DNA of 64,000 bases. Source: Eledone cirrhosa. Its lineage: Eukaryota. The notes beneath the pieces are model-generated. The model was not told the DNA's origin. It was given only the letters and a program-made list of their open reading frames with translations, and did no database searches. A program made the position numbers and the translations under genes. Of the stretch, positions 24,194 to 37,275 are shown piece by piece. Location of the stretch: the NCBI GenBank assembly GCA_964016885.1, contig OZ024764.1, positions 19,654,001-19,718,000 on the forward strand. Reading direction: 5' to 3'. Every line of letters starts with the position of its first letter. The first letter of the stretch is position 1.

Positions 24194-24774
24194 TTTGTTA
24201 CTAAATACTAGATATTACAGGGTCATGTTCTAGATGGGCTGGAAGAGCCATTCCATCTCGTGAGGCTCACACCAGCAGCTAGCCACCTCAGCACCTATGG
24301 TGGTATATTTATTATATTATTTATTCTTTATCATTAACATTAATATAAAAGATAATTATATATTTTTAGAGAACCTCTAATTTCATATAGCTTAGGGCTT
24401 CAGTAGGTAAAAGTCTGGCCCTGCTTGTCCTGTATTTTTTAGGGGAGAAGTTAGGGAATACTGTTATTGTGTGAAAGTTTTCTAAATCTTCAGCCACTAA
24501 CATGGAGAAGATATTTCAGTAAGAAGGTTCACATCCTGACATCTATAGCTGTTAACAATGAGATTGGAATTCATTATAAAACAAATGTTATATCATCATC
24601 ACTGTTTAACATCAGTTTTTCCACGCTGGCATGGGTTAGACGAGTTATCCTGTTGTAAGCAAGGCCAGGTCAGGTGATCACGTGTTGCTGCTATAGAACA
24701 AATTTTGGATTGGTTTCTACAGCTGGATGCACCAACCTTATTTACATTAAGTACTGGGTGTTTTTACCATCTCA

Positions 24775-25510
24775 CCATCACGACCACTTTACAGTGTGGC
24801 TGGGTGCTTTTTGTTGTGACAGCTACATGACCACTTTAAAGTGTGCATTGGGTGCTTTTTGTTGTGACACCTACATGACCACTTTACAGTTTGGACTGGG
24901 TACTTTTTGTTGTGACACCAACATAACCATTTTAAAGTTTTGGCTGGGTACTTTTTGTTGTCACCTACATGACCACTTTACAGTTTGGGCTGGGTGCTTT
25001 TTGCCGTGACACCTACGCAACCGCTTTACAGTGTGGGCTGGTTTCTTTTTGTCATATCACCTACAAGACCAGCTTATAGTGTTGGCTGTGTGTTCTTTAC
25101 AGTGTGGGCTGGTTTCTTTTTGTCATATCACCTACATGACCACCTTATAGTGTTGGCTGTGTGTTCTTTGCAGTGTGGGCTGGTTTCTTTTTGTCATATC
25201 ACCTACATGACCACCTTATAATGTTGACTGTGTGTTCTTTGCAGTGTGGGCTGTTTCTTTTTGTCATATCACCTACATGACCACCTTATAATGTTGACTG
25301 TGTGTTATTTGCAGTGTGGGCTGGTTTCTTTTTGTCATATCACCTACATGACCACCTTATAATGTTGACTGTGTGTTCTTTACAGTGTGGGTTGGTTTTT
25401 TTTGTCATATCACCTACATGACCACCTTCTAATGTTGACTGTGTGTTCTTTACAGTGTGGGTTGGGTGCTTTTTGTCATATCTCCTACCCAACCACTTTG
25501 CAGTGTGGGC
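24775..25510. repeat. 48/70-bp minisatellite derived from SINE body
   Basis: CACTTTACAGTGTGGGCTGGGTGCTTTTTGTTGTGACACCTACATGAC matches SINE 1538-1600; copies at 42045-42735 and 58845-59135. Confidence 0.85.
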
Positions 25511-26050
25511 AGTGAAATATCAGTAATGCACCAGCTCCAATATTCAGTAATCAGAAGAAGGGAGGTAGGCATAAAAGCCAAACTTGCTGTCTTCAATTAG
25601 GTTTTTGTGCCAACCCTTACCCATGGTCACATATCTTGGGTAATGACCAAAATAATATGATTGGGAATACAAATGGCAGATATGGGATTCCTCTGAAGGG
25701 TCTTTGAAGGAACTTTTCTGAATAAAGTACATAGCTCTGGGATCAGAGAGTCACTCCAGGAGGAGCTGTTACTTCTCCTAATTGAGAGATCACAGCTGCA
25801 ATACTATGGCCATGTGGTTAGAATGTCTGAGGAAAGAATCACTGGATAGATTTTACAGGCTAAACTAACCGGCAGGAGACCCAGGGGTAGACTTGAGCAA
25901 GATGGTCACATAACATCCATGAGCTTGGCTGGTCTCTCTGGGAGATCCAGCCAGATCAGTTGGAGTGGGTTACTTCTGACAGGACCTGTTGAAGGGAGTG
26001 TTTGAGGACTCTGCCCCCAAGACCCTTTCTGGAATAAGTGGGTTAATAAG
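25510..26050 (+). mobile_element. RTE-like LINE 3' fragment
   Basis: Translates LLLIERSQLQYYGHVVRMSEERI...GRRPRGR; partial copies at 42735-43205 and ~59140-59290. Confidence 0.7.
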
Positions 26051-26253
26051 AAGAGGTTGAGGTTACATAATCAACATCAGATTTCCCTGCTAGCAAGGAT
26101 TTAATGAGTCTACTTCAACCAAGTAAGTACTGAAGTGAGGCTACTGATCTCCCAGACAGACCAAGGATCTGAGACTTATTTACATAAGGTCTCATTTGCT
26201 ACTGAGTGCACAGAAAAAGTTGTTATGTCTTTGTCATGATTGAAGGGTTCTCC

Positions 26254-27832
26254 TAAGCTAAATACAGACTCAGTATTGGCAGTGTTTTTCAGTTCTTTGC
26301 ATATAGGAAAATGAACTAAATTTTCATCTGACGACGGAGATTTCCATAAGCTTAGTTTTCTAATGAAGCACTTGATGTCATCATTCAACTGATTGATGGG
26401 TTTGTTTTTACCTTGTAATTTCAAATTAAGATCAGTTAATTATGCAGTAATATCCACAACAAAAGCCAGATGTTGGAGCCAACTTTCATCTTTTATTTCA
26501 TCTGTGTTTTAACCTTTTCTCTCCAAAAACATAATTATTTCTTGTCTCAACAAATAGAATCTTTTCAGCACTTTGTGACATGTCAACCAGCAGACTTCTG
26601 TGTAGAATGGAACATCAGTGAACTGATTATCCATATCTTCCAACAACTGGCTGAACTGACGGTGGTTGAGAGCACGGCCTCTGATTTAGTTCACTGTCTT
26701 TGTGACCAAGCTAAGCACATGATGCAATTTTAAAATCTTTGAACATAAATTTTGTTGATGAATAATAGTGAAAATGTGCAAATGATGAATCTAGATATGA
26801 GTTTTCTATTTTTGTTTGTAACTTGGCAGCAACACCATTATGTCTACCAACCATATTTGCAGCACTGTCAGTAGATAAACATGCAAGTTTACTCAGATCA
26901 AAACCATGCAGACCCTGCTTGACCTTCTCAAAGATGTCCTGGCTTGTTATAGTGTCATGCATGGGGACCAGTTCAATCAGTTCTTCATAAATATTAAATT
27001 CACAGTCACAGGCCCTGGTGAAGAATGCAAGCTGTGCTATTCCAGTGATGTCAAGAGTCTCATCAATAGCAATAGAAACATGTTCAAACCTTGATGATAC
27101 AGCCTTTAACTGTTGTTTCAGATCACCTGACATTTCATTAATCTGTTCAGCAACAGTGTTCCTGGTTAATGAAATGTCTTTGAATAACTCTGCTTTCTCT
27201 GGACAATTTCAGCTGTTTTTACAAGACATTGCTTTACAAAATCTCCTTCACTGTAAGATTTCCCACTCATGGCAATCATTTGACTGAGTTCATAGCTTGC
27301 AGTAACGGAAGTGATATCCTCTTCCTGAATTAACATAAAACAGGTCTGTTGCTGTGTCAAGTTAACCTTTAATTCCTTGAGTCTTGAAACACACATTGGG
27401 CCTTCATATTTATTGTAAGATCGAGGGTTTGTTTCATAATGTCTTTTTAAATTGTACTCTTTTGGCGTGGCGATGTAGTTGTTGCAAATTAAACAGTGTA
27501 TCTTTCTGTTCACCATTGGGCAAAAATACTGTAATTCCCACTTTTCTTGAAACACTTGCCCTTCTTCGTTCAATTTCCTTTTTCTCTTAGCTGGAGGAGC
27601 ACTAACCATTTCAAAAACGAAATCTTTTGAAATTTTGAAAGAAAGTTTTCTGTTAATGAGCTGCCCGTGATTAATGGAAGTTAAAAGTAGTTGACAAAAT
27701 TTGCAAAAAAAAAATAATTGTATCGAAAATGTTTTAAATTTTATATTACGAAAATGAAACATGCTCGCACTGTAAAAACCTTAGTGTGGGCCGCAGATTT
27801 GCTTGCCAAGGGCCGCATGTTTGACATGTCTG
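26254..27832 (-). mobile_element. hAT (Charlie/GTF2IRD2-like) transposon relic, one end deleted
   Basis: FQEKWELQYF...CLIC...KEYNLKRHY and SIAIDETLDITGIAQLAFF; terminus CAGACATGTCAAAC; frameshifted. Confidence 0.9.
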
Positions 27833-28640
27833 ATGTAGGTTACCAACACTAGGGAGGGCAGCATGTCCTTCAGTGTGTTCTGCTACATTAACTACCAGGA
27901 GGTCACCACATGAGACAAAGACTACATTTCAAAGAAGGGTCATAAAAGAACTAAATACGAAAGTACCCACAGCAACAAGCAAATAATTGAGCTTTGGGTC
28001 TAGGTCAAGGGGGCAGAAGTGCTGCGCCCTGTGGATAAGACTGCAAAAGTATTCGCCCCGGACGATGGACAGTGACACCCACTGCAACAGCCACCCCAAC
28101 CTCATGGGGCTCCCCCTTCAGAAGACCCACCAACGTTCTGATCTTACGGAGGAGCTTGGCAGTACGGGGTCCAAGTACTTCTGAGGTCTCGATGGTGACC
28201 GGTGTGAAGAGACCTACAATTGATGTCATCCCAGTTATGTTGGACTGTAATATACTGGGGTATAGAGAGGCCTTAACCTGTCACAGCCGGGCCACCCAGG
28301 GTTGTGTCATCTAGGTACTAGACAGGGGTGACTAGACCATGTTGTCAACTGTCAGCACCAATAGGAGTGAGGCGAGTGGGTCCCCTTGCTAGACACCATA
28401 TATAAAACGTATTTGCTAATTACTTTAATGAATAATTTGTTTCATACGTAATTATTACTTTTAACACAATAGGATTTTGTACACGTGTTTGTTTGAAAAC
28501 ATCTTTCAAAGAAGTATGAGACAGTCTTTTGTAGTGTTTATTATAATAAATTACTGTATGTTGAGCTGTTTTAACTTCTCCACCTTCCATTATTTCATAT
28601 TGTTTTTGTGAAAAAACGAGATCTTTTTCATATATATATA

Positions 28641-28790
28641 TGAAGGCGTGTGGCTGAATGGTTAGAGAATTGGATTCGGAATTGTGAGGTTGTGAGTTCG
28701 ATTCTCAGACTGGGCGATGCGTTATGTCCTTGAGCAAGACATTTTATTTCACGTTGCTCCTTCTACCTGGAGTTGCGACCGATAGATAGT
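28641..28790 (+). mobile_element. tRNA-SINE head (same family as the satellite seed)
   Basis: TGGCTGAATGG A box, GAGTTCGATTC B box, TCCTTGAGCAAGACA core; copy at 46320-46460, deleted in cassette 3. Confidence 0.8.
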
Positions 28791-29629
28791 ATTAGCAATT
28801 GGAAAGACCAATGGAAACATTGTTTCCTCGGTCCGATTTGACGAAAAGTCGATCATAAAAAAAATATAGAGAGAGAGAGAAACACACAAACATACACTAC
28901 TGTATTACATATGTAAGGGGAGACAACTCTCGTTACACCCCCCCCCTTCTTTTTGATATACGTCCTTTAAATACTTTGTTCAATGGAATCTACTTTATTT
29001 TGTGTCCTAAGTAGATTTCTGTTTAAGTATTTACGAGATTCACAATGATTCACGTAACCAAGTTACTTACATAGAGATATATTTCACATAGAATCACAAC
29101 AAATGAAAATATTAAGTCAACACTCTGTCAATCAGTCTCACATCACTTGGGGTGCCGGAGTCTCCCTCTAATACTTTCTGAGACAGTCTTACCTCGAGTG
29201 ATAGCAAGGCTAAGATGCTGGAACTACCAAACACCCTCATATGTATCATCTGACACCTCGGTAAGGAGAGCTGCCAACGATAACAAGAACCTCGTTGTCA
29301 GGGACCTATCTCCTCCAAACTTCTCCAACACCACAGACTAGAATATTCTACTCTTTATTCCCTATCAAATATATTTCAGTCTACTTATTTATCTTGTATA
29401 TGTATTTTCAAAACTAACTGTCACATTTGTGAGACCCCAGTTAGTGATGTTTTTCTCTCCCTCCCACATTCTACATGCTGTAGTAAAAGTGAGGGTCACT
29501 GCTTCTGTAGACGAACGAAATAAAAGTTAAACTACCAGTAATTATCGGAAAAGTATTTATTCCAGTCTGTGATGTCTGAGAAGCTGGGCTGCTGACAGTG
29601 AAGTTGTGGTCACTGTTGGCAGCTGGCTT

Positions 29630-29885
29630 TACCGAAGTACCCGATGACTCTTGTGAGGGTACTTAGCTGTTTGGGTGGTTTAGCCTCCATGACATGATTT
29701 TACTGAGATACCGGGTGATCTCTGTTAGGGTACTTAGCTGTTCTGGCGGTTTAGCCTCCATATGACCCGATCTTACCGAGATACCCGGTGATCTCTGTCA
29801 GGGTACTTAGCTGTTCTGGCAACTTAGCCCCCATATGACCCGATTTACCGAAGTACCCGGTGATCTCTGTAAGAGTACTTAGCTG
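29630..29885 (-). repeat. ~73-bp minisatellite, inverted homolog of the 62-bp repeat
   Basis: TTACCGAGATACCCGGTGATCTCTGTCAGGGTACTTAGCTGTTCTGGC units; copies at 47300-47555 and 63170-63560. Confidence 0.85.
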
Positions 29886-30562
29886 GGCATAGGTTAAGTT
29901 TAACGTCCTCGAAAATGAAACTAGGTTTTCTGACAAGTGAATGTGTTTTTTGTTTTTTTTACAATGAAATTTACGATACACTCTTTGTTTATTTACAACA
30001 GGTCTCTATAGTGATATGGTGTTAATTAGTATTGCGTGTGTGATTATTATTTCTTATATATATATGTGTGGGTGTGTATATGTGTGTATATATATGTGTG
30101 TCTGTATGTATATATATATGTGTGTTTGTATATATATATATATATATATATGTGTTTGTGTCATCATCATCGTTTAGATGTTTTTACCCAAATCCCTTAT
30201 CATTCTCTGTCCTTCCTATGACCCGGCCTTAATTTGATTTGTTTATAGTTGGTGCCAACTTTGGCAAGATATTACAAAAACATCTAAACGCTGATGATGA
30301 CACAAACACATATATATATACAAACACACATATATATATATACATACAGACACACATATATACACACATATACACACCCACACATATATATATAAGAGAA
30401 AATAATCACACACGCAATACTAATTAACACCATATCACTATAGAGACCTGTTGTAAATAAACAAAGAGTGTATCGTAAATTTCATTGTAAATAAAAAACA
30501 AACACATTCACTTGTCAGAAAACCTAGTTTCATTTTCGAGGACGTTAAACTTAACCTATGCC
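29886..30562. mobile_element. Foldback/MITE element with ~300-bp TIRs and 8-bp TSD CTTAGCTG
   Basis: GGCATAGGTTAAG...CTTAACCTATGCC; CTTAGCTG at 29878-29885 and 30563-30570; absent from the homologous region upstream of cassettes 3 and 4. Confidence 0.9.
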
Positions 30563-30669
30563 CTTAGCTGTTCTATTTTAATTACATTTACTGATTTCAA
30601 CTTTCATTTTTTATATTACAAACTTTACATAATTTAATTCCGTAAAAATTTTTACGTCACAAAAAAAAC

Positions 30670-30777
30670 ATTGAAGCATGCGCAGTGGTCGACTTCCTGT
30701 CCACGTGTTTGTCTTCCTACAACATCATTTAGAAAACATTTCTGTAAATACTAAACACCTGAGACTATAATGTAAGT
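30670..30777 (+). promoter_or_regulatory. Putative promoter/exon 1, cassette 2
   Basis: GCATGCGCA, ACTTCCTG, CACGTG and donor at 30772. Confidence 0.6.
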
Positions 30778-31585
30778 ATTATGTCTATTAATATTGTAGA
30801 TTTAAGCTCACTTTTCACATCACAAATATATATTTTCTTGTTTGTTTCATTACTGGAAATATAAAATGTTATCGTAATTATCTATATTTTACCTACCTCT
30901 AATTAATTAAGGTGAAAACTTTTGTTGTTGCTGAAAAATAAATTAACAAAACTAAATATTTAAATATTCTAAAGGTCGTTTTTATATTATGTGATGATAT
31001 AATTAATATATTTTATTACAATTGTATAAATTTACAGTAGAATAACGTAAATATGTTTTAAATATATACATAAATAACATAAGTGTGTAAATAACATTAT
31101 AAATTGCTGGCAATTCCTTGAGAAAGACATTACAAATATATTGTCTAAACTGTGTATAATAATATAATTTATTGAACAATAATGATAAAGGAAAGAAAAA
31201 CACAGTGGGAGATGGCAATTGACCACCAAGTGTGATAATAGGCCACACCTCACACCTTAGGGGTTAACTACACACTTTGAGGCAAGCCAACACACTGGCA
31301 GCATTACCAAGGTGTTGAAATAACCAGGTACCCTCACGGGTATCACCTGGTACCTCAGTAAGGTGAGGCTAAGGTGCTGAAATAACCAGGTACCCTCACG
31401 GGTATCACCTAACACCTCGGTAAGGTGAGGCTAAGGATCTGAAATAACCAGGTACCCTCACGGGTATCACCTGACACCTCGGTAAGGTGAGGCTAAGGGG
31501 CTGAAATAACCAGGTACCCTCACGGGTATCACCTGACACCTTGGTAAGGTGAGTCTAAGGGGCTGAAATAACCAGGTACCCTCAC

Positions 31586-31941
31586 GGAAACGACTAGATT
31601 TGTAGAAAAAGTAGGGTGAAAGTATACGAAGAGATGTAGTTTCACAGATCTACTCACACCTCACGTTGGGTGGGAAATAATTATTTTCTTAGATTTTTTT
31701 CTAGACCCCTTTTCAATATTTTCTCTGAACCCCTTAGATACTTGCAATAGACGTTTTATTCCCCAGTATTAGGGTTAGGGTTTCCGTTTTCAGGAAGAAA
31801 AGTCGATTGCAAACATCTAAGAGGTCGAGAAAAATAATAAGGAAAGATAATTATTTCCCAGCCAACTGGAGAAGTGTGTAGCTCTTCTAAACTCTGAAAA
31901 TCCTGTCTCCCACTTCTTCATCTACAAATCTAGTCGTTTCC
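31586..31941. mobile_element. TIR MITE (GGAAACGACTAGATTTGTAGA termini)
   Basis: Perfect 21-bp TIR plus longer imperfect arms; central TTAGGGTTAGGG; copy at 53030-53389; no TSD visible. Confidence 0.8.
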
Positions 31942-32343
31942 TGCTACTTTGAAGGCCCTATTTATTGATAACACCACTTGTAAATCTTTGTCAACTTTTC
32001 ATACGTAAATTGTGAATCAGTTAATTTTAAACAAACTATCAAAGAAGTGATCTCACAGTAACTGTGTTTGATTTAATCAACTTATTCCCCCCAAACATTG
32101 TCGACCTTGTGTCTAAATCAGAAACTATTATAAGATCTTAAATCAACCTCGTAAAGATGAAGTGCAAAGCTAACCTCGGCGGGATTTCAACCCTTTATGT
32201 TATGAGTTCAAATCCCACCAAAGTTAACTTTGTCTTTCATTCTAAAGGAGTGGATAAATTAAAGTTCCAGTAATCCACTGGGGTCTGAGATATTAAGGTT
32301 TGAGTAGATTCTATCTTTTTGTGTGTTTGTATTTATAATCTTA

Positions 32344-32492
32344 CTAGAAACCCTGTGACCTGTTGGGTCACGTTCCCTTTAAAAATAATATTTAAATAAT
32401 TAAAATGTACACAGACATGTATATAATGTAAAATGAAATTAGTAGGCCCATGTATATATATATATGCGTGTGTGTGTATATATATATATATA

Positions 32493-32524
<32 letters not shown>

Positions 32525-32819
32525 CACACACGTCACTTGTTATAATTTTATAACTTTGTTCAACAGCACCACCAGCTATCTCTCTCACACACACCCATTA
32601 TCTTTCTCTCTCTTTTTATAAAGGTACCAGAAAAACCCCATATCTTGGGAACCTGTGCATTGATTTACGTGAAACTTATTTTATCCCATCTGTATTCCCA
32701 CCATTTCAGGGTCAACTTCCTTTCAAACTATTTTCCCGTTATGCCCCGTTTTAGCTGTATTACATTACAGACAAGACACAATCACAAAGTTTTAGGTTTA
32801 TAATGTTATAGTATCATGA
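32344..32819 (-). mobile_element. Non-autonomous Helitron, same family as 23808-24193, inverted
   Basis: CTAG end and hairpin at 32344-32372; internal CCCCATATCTTGGGAACCTGTGC and GACAAGACACAATCAC are reverse complements of the plus copy. Confidence 0.8.
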
Positions 32820-33354
32820 TAGGGTAATACAGTTATTTATAGACCTGTGGTAAATGTTGGTTCAGTCCACCCTGGGGGGTGTAAGTGTTGGTTCAGTCTA
32901 CCCTGAGGGGCGTCAGTGTTGGTCAATGATAACCTTTATAACTAGAGGCCTGTTGGTGAGGACAAGCTGGAAGTGGTAACATCTTTCTGCTACCTGTGTG
33001 ACATGTCAGCTGGAAGTGGAGCCAAGTTCACTGCCATTGTGCTGTGCCACTCCACAGGTAACAAGTTTAGGCAGCTTCTCCTAATCCTCAAGACATGCTG
33101 GCTACCATTAGACACCATGGGGCAGATTTATAACACCTGTGGGAGAAGTGTGTTGTTTCATGCCAGCGAGACCTGGGCCATGTTATCTGACTGTCTGAAT
33201 TGACTCTGAAGAAATGACAGAGCTATGATCCACTGGATGTGTAGTGTGACCATTGAGGATGATGTCAGCTCAACTGAGCTCCTAAAAAAACTGCTGATCG
33301 ACAACCTCAAGGATGTGTTTCACAGGAGACACATGCACTGGTATGGCCATGTTG

Positions 33355-35971
33355 TGCATTCTCTCTCAACTCATCTATGCTTGGTCGTTGATGCACATTG
33401 ACATTGCACATCCAACGGAGCATACTTGCTTCATTTCTCTCCAGCCATCGCATATCCTCCACAGTTGCTGTCCATGTCTCACTACCGTGCAGCACCACAC
33501 ATCTCACGCAGGCATCACCAGCCATTCGTTCTTAGGGAGAAACCCTTCTTTGTCAACAGAGCAAGCAGCTCCCTAAACGTCTTCCAACCCGTCCTTATTC
33601 TAGATACTATGGCCTCTGAGCACCCTCCTCCCATGCTAATTTGATCACCTAGATACCGGAAGCTATCAACCACTTCTATAGAACCTATCTGCATTTTCAA
33701 AATGTGTCTATCAATGCGACTTCTACTGTCAAATTTCCCTGTACCTCTACTGCATATGTAGTTTTCCCTACCTGTTAGTTTGCCTGCTATCCCACTACAT
33801 TTCTTGTGTACCCAAAATCTGCATTGTGTACATTATAGAATTTATGCCAGTTCCTTTTCTACATATTAAAAAAGGCCATTTCCCTGATGGAATGACAGTT
33901 TTGTCCTCTTTTCTACTCAACACTTTTGTCTTAGCTAGGTTCACTCTCAGTCCTCTTGCTTCCAACTGCGGTTTCCATAGCCAGAATTTATGCTCTAGCT
34001 CCTCTACTGATTCTGCTATAAGAACCACATCGTCAGCCTAGAGAAGTTCCCATGGGCAGCCAGTCTTAAACTCCTCTTTTATGGCTTGGAGGTCTATAAT
34101 GAACAAGGGCGGGCTGAGGACCGACCCTGATGTACTCCTACTTGTATCTGGAATTCCTTATTAAACTCCATTCCTACCCTCACTTTACTGACACCACCTC
34201 TGTACATAGCTTGCATTGTCCTCACAAACTATTCCTCTACACCTAATTTCCTTAGGGACCACCAGATGACAGATTGGGGTACTCTATCAAAGGCCTTTTC
34301 TAGGTGAACAAAAGCTAAGTATAGTGGTTTATTCTTCTCTAAGAACCTCTCTAGTAGTTGTCTCACTAAGAAGAGGGCATCTGTTTGACCCTTTCTCTAA
34401 GTTGCGCTAGTATTCTTTCTGTCACTTTCATAACCTGATCCATCAGTTTTATACCCCTATAATTACTCCTCTCCAGAACATCCCCTTTACCTTTACCTCA
34501 ATTTATGAGAATACTGCTGCACCAGTCTTTGGGTATGACACCACCATATATAGCTTGATTAATGATGCATGCAACCAGTTTACTTCCTACATCCCCTGAT
34601 GCCTTCAGCATCTCATTAACTATCCCCAACAGTCCAGCAGACCTCCATTTTTCCTTTCCTTAATTACTCTTGGACCCTATAGTCATCAATCTCAATAGCT
34701 GGTCCTTCTGTCGGGTCTACTGAAGGTAGACCCGACATTTCCAGGCCTCTCTTTTCTGATCATTCGTGACACTAAGTACATCAGCATCATCTCGGACACA
34801 TTTATCTCCAACAACATCCTGATTTGCACTGATACACTGCCTTGCAATGTGGAACACTGCACGCCTCTGATCTTCCCGTCGCAGAACATTGGCAAACCTC
34901 CTACTCTCAGCCTCCCTGCGTGCTAAGTAGACCTGACATCTAGCTTCTCTCTTAGTGGTTGTGTATCGGTCTCTACCCCTACAATTTTTCCAAACATTCC
35001 ATGCTAGTCTTTTGTCTCTAATGGCTCTATCTACTGTGCTGGTCCACCACCAGGTCACTCTCTGTCTGGTTGGAGCTCTGCTCCAGCCACAAGTTTTATG
35101 AGTAACCTGCAGTAAGTTGTCGCGTAAGAAATTCCAGTTATCATCTATGTCATACGACTCTAAAACGTCTTCTTTTTCATCATACACATCTTGAAGGGCT
35201 TGCCTAAATTTATATTTTAGTGAAAGGTCTTTTAGTTTCTAGACCTTCCTTTTTCACACCTTCTTGTATGTGTCTCTTTGTCTCTTGCTTACTGAGATAT
35301 CACTAACGACTAACCTATGTTGGGGGGTTACATTGTTCCCTGGGGTATGCCTTAGTATTTGACACCATCTATCTGTCTTACTCCCTAACTAGCAAGAAGT
35401 AAATCTGTCTCATGTGCTCACCTGATTGGTAGGTTATTAGGTGGTTGGTAGGTTTCTTAAAGTGTTGCAAATAGTTAGTTCACTTGTATCACAAAATACA
35501 AGAAGCCTCACTCCTTCTTCATTTCTTGAGCCATAACCATGACCACCATGTACCCCAGTGTATCTATCCTGGAGCTGTCCAACATGACCATTGAAGTCCC
35601 CTGCTATTATAACTAGATCTCTGTCCTCTGTCATTGTGGTTATCTCTACTTATTCCTTTTCTACATATGGAGCAGGGCCACTTTCCTGAAGGGGTCAGGG
35701 TCTTCTCTCCTAACCTTTAGCACTTTAGTTTTGGCTAAGTATATTCTCAGAACATGCCATTTCAAATTCTATATCTATAGCTGGTCATCTACATAGAGAA
35801 GTTTCCATAGAGAGCCAGTCTTAAACCTCTCTGTTATGGCTTGGAGAACTATGATGAACAACAGTGGGCTAAGAACTAAACCATGATGAACTCCTACCTG
35901 TACCTTCAATTCCTCACTAAACACATTTTACTGACAGCTTCTCACAAGCCATTCTTCTACACCTAATTTCC
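33355..35971 (-). mobile_element. Degenerate RTE LINE, cassette 2 copy
   Basis: VVDSFRYLGD, LHGSETW and IIAGDFNGHVG (APE motif). Confidence 0.9.
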
Positions 35972-36172
35972 TTAACCCTTTAGTATATAAACTGGCCATA
36001 TCTGGCCAGAATTGTCTCATGTCTTTCTGTTCAAACTGGCCATAATTGGTCACTTATACTTATGTTAAGGTATTGTTCTCAAAATCTCATAGATTTGATA
36101 TTATGTGAGATAAAGCATTTACTGTGAAATTATAATAGTAAATATAGAGTAATGTGAATACTAAAGGGTTAA

Positions 36173-37275
36173 TCTAATGTCACTAATAACTACTTGTATC
36201 AGTCAGCATAATCTGATATCACTAATAACTACTTTAATCTAATGTCACTAATAACTACTTTTATCAGTCAGTTTAATCTAATGTCACTAATAACTACTTT
36301 TATCAGTCAGTTTAATCTAATGTCATTAATAACTACTTTTATCAGTCAGTATAATCTAATGTCACTAATAACTACTTTTATCAGTCAGTTTAATCTAATG
36401 TCACTAGTAACTACTTTTATCTGTCAGTTTAATCTAATGTCACTAGTAACTACTTTTATCAGTCAGTTTAATCTAATGTCACTAATAACTACTTTTATCA
36501 GTCAGTTTAATCTAATGTCATTAATAACTACTTTTATCAGTCAGTATAATCTAATGTCACTAATAACTACTTTTATCAGTCAGTTTAATCTAATGTCACT
36601 AATAACTACTTTTATCAGTCAGTTTAATCTAATGTCACTAATAACTACTTTTATCAGTCAGTATAATCTAATGTCACTAATAACTACTTTTATCAGTCAG
36701 TATAATCTAATGTCACTAATAACTACTTTTATCAGTCAGTATAATCTAATGTCACTAATAACTACTTTTATCAGTCAGTTTAATCTAATGTCACTAATAA
36801 CTACTTTTATCAGTCAGTTTAATCTAATGTCACTAATAACTACTTTTATCAGTCAGTATAATCTAATGTCACTAATAACTACTTTTATCAGTCAGTTTAA
36901 TCTAATGTCATTAATAACTACTTTTATCAGTCAGTTTAATCTAATGTCACTAATAACTACTTTTATCAGTCAGTTTAATCTAATGTCACTAATAACTACT
37001 TTTATCAGTCAGTTTAATCTAATGTCATTAATAACTACTTTTATCAGTCAGTTTAATCTAATGTCACTAATAACTACTTTTATCAGTCAGTTTAATCTAA
37101 TGTCACTAATAACTACTTTTATCAGTCAGTATAATCTAATGTCACTAATAACTACTTTTATCAGTCAGTATAATCTAATGTCACTAATAACTACTTTTAT
37201 CAGTCAGTATAATCTAATGTCACTAATAACTACTTTTATCAGTCAGTATAATCTACTGCCACTAATAACTAACCT
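36173..37275. repeat. 39-bp minisatellite, ~28 copies
   Basis: Same unit as 19117-19570, expanded. Confidence 0.95.

Larger units (their letters stand above)
13380..30600 (+). repeat. Tandem segmental duplication, cassette 1 (~17.2 kb)
   Basis: Shared landmarks recur: exon-1 donor 13524/30772/48031, ZNF ATG 20511/38234/55529, hAT end 27832/45515/61616. Confidence 0.95.

Noticed and set aside
26176-27762. Domesticated GTF2IRD2-like gene
   Set aside because: Multiple frameshifts and stops in all three copies, with TIR/TSD present; a dead transposon.
27987-29341. Short ORFs recurring across cassettes (e.g. MTPTATAT..., MGCRSLP...)
   Set aside because: No recognisable domain; recurrence is explained by recent duplication, and indels break them in some copies.
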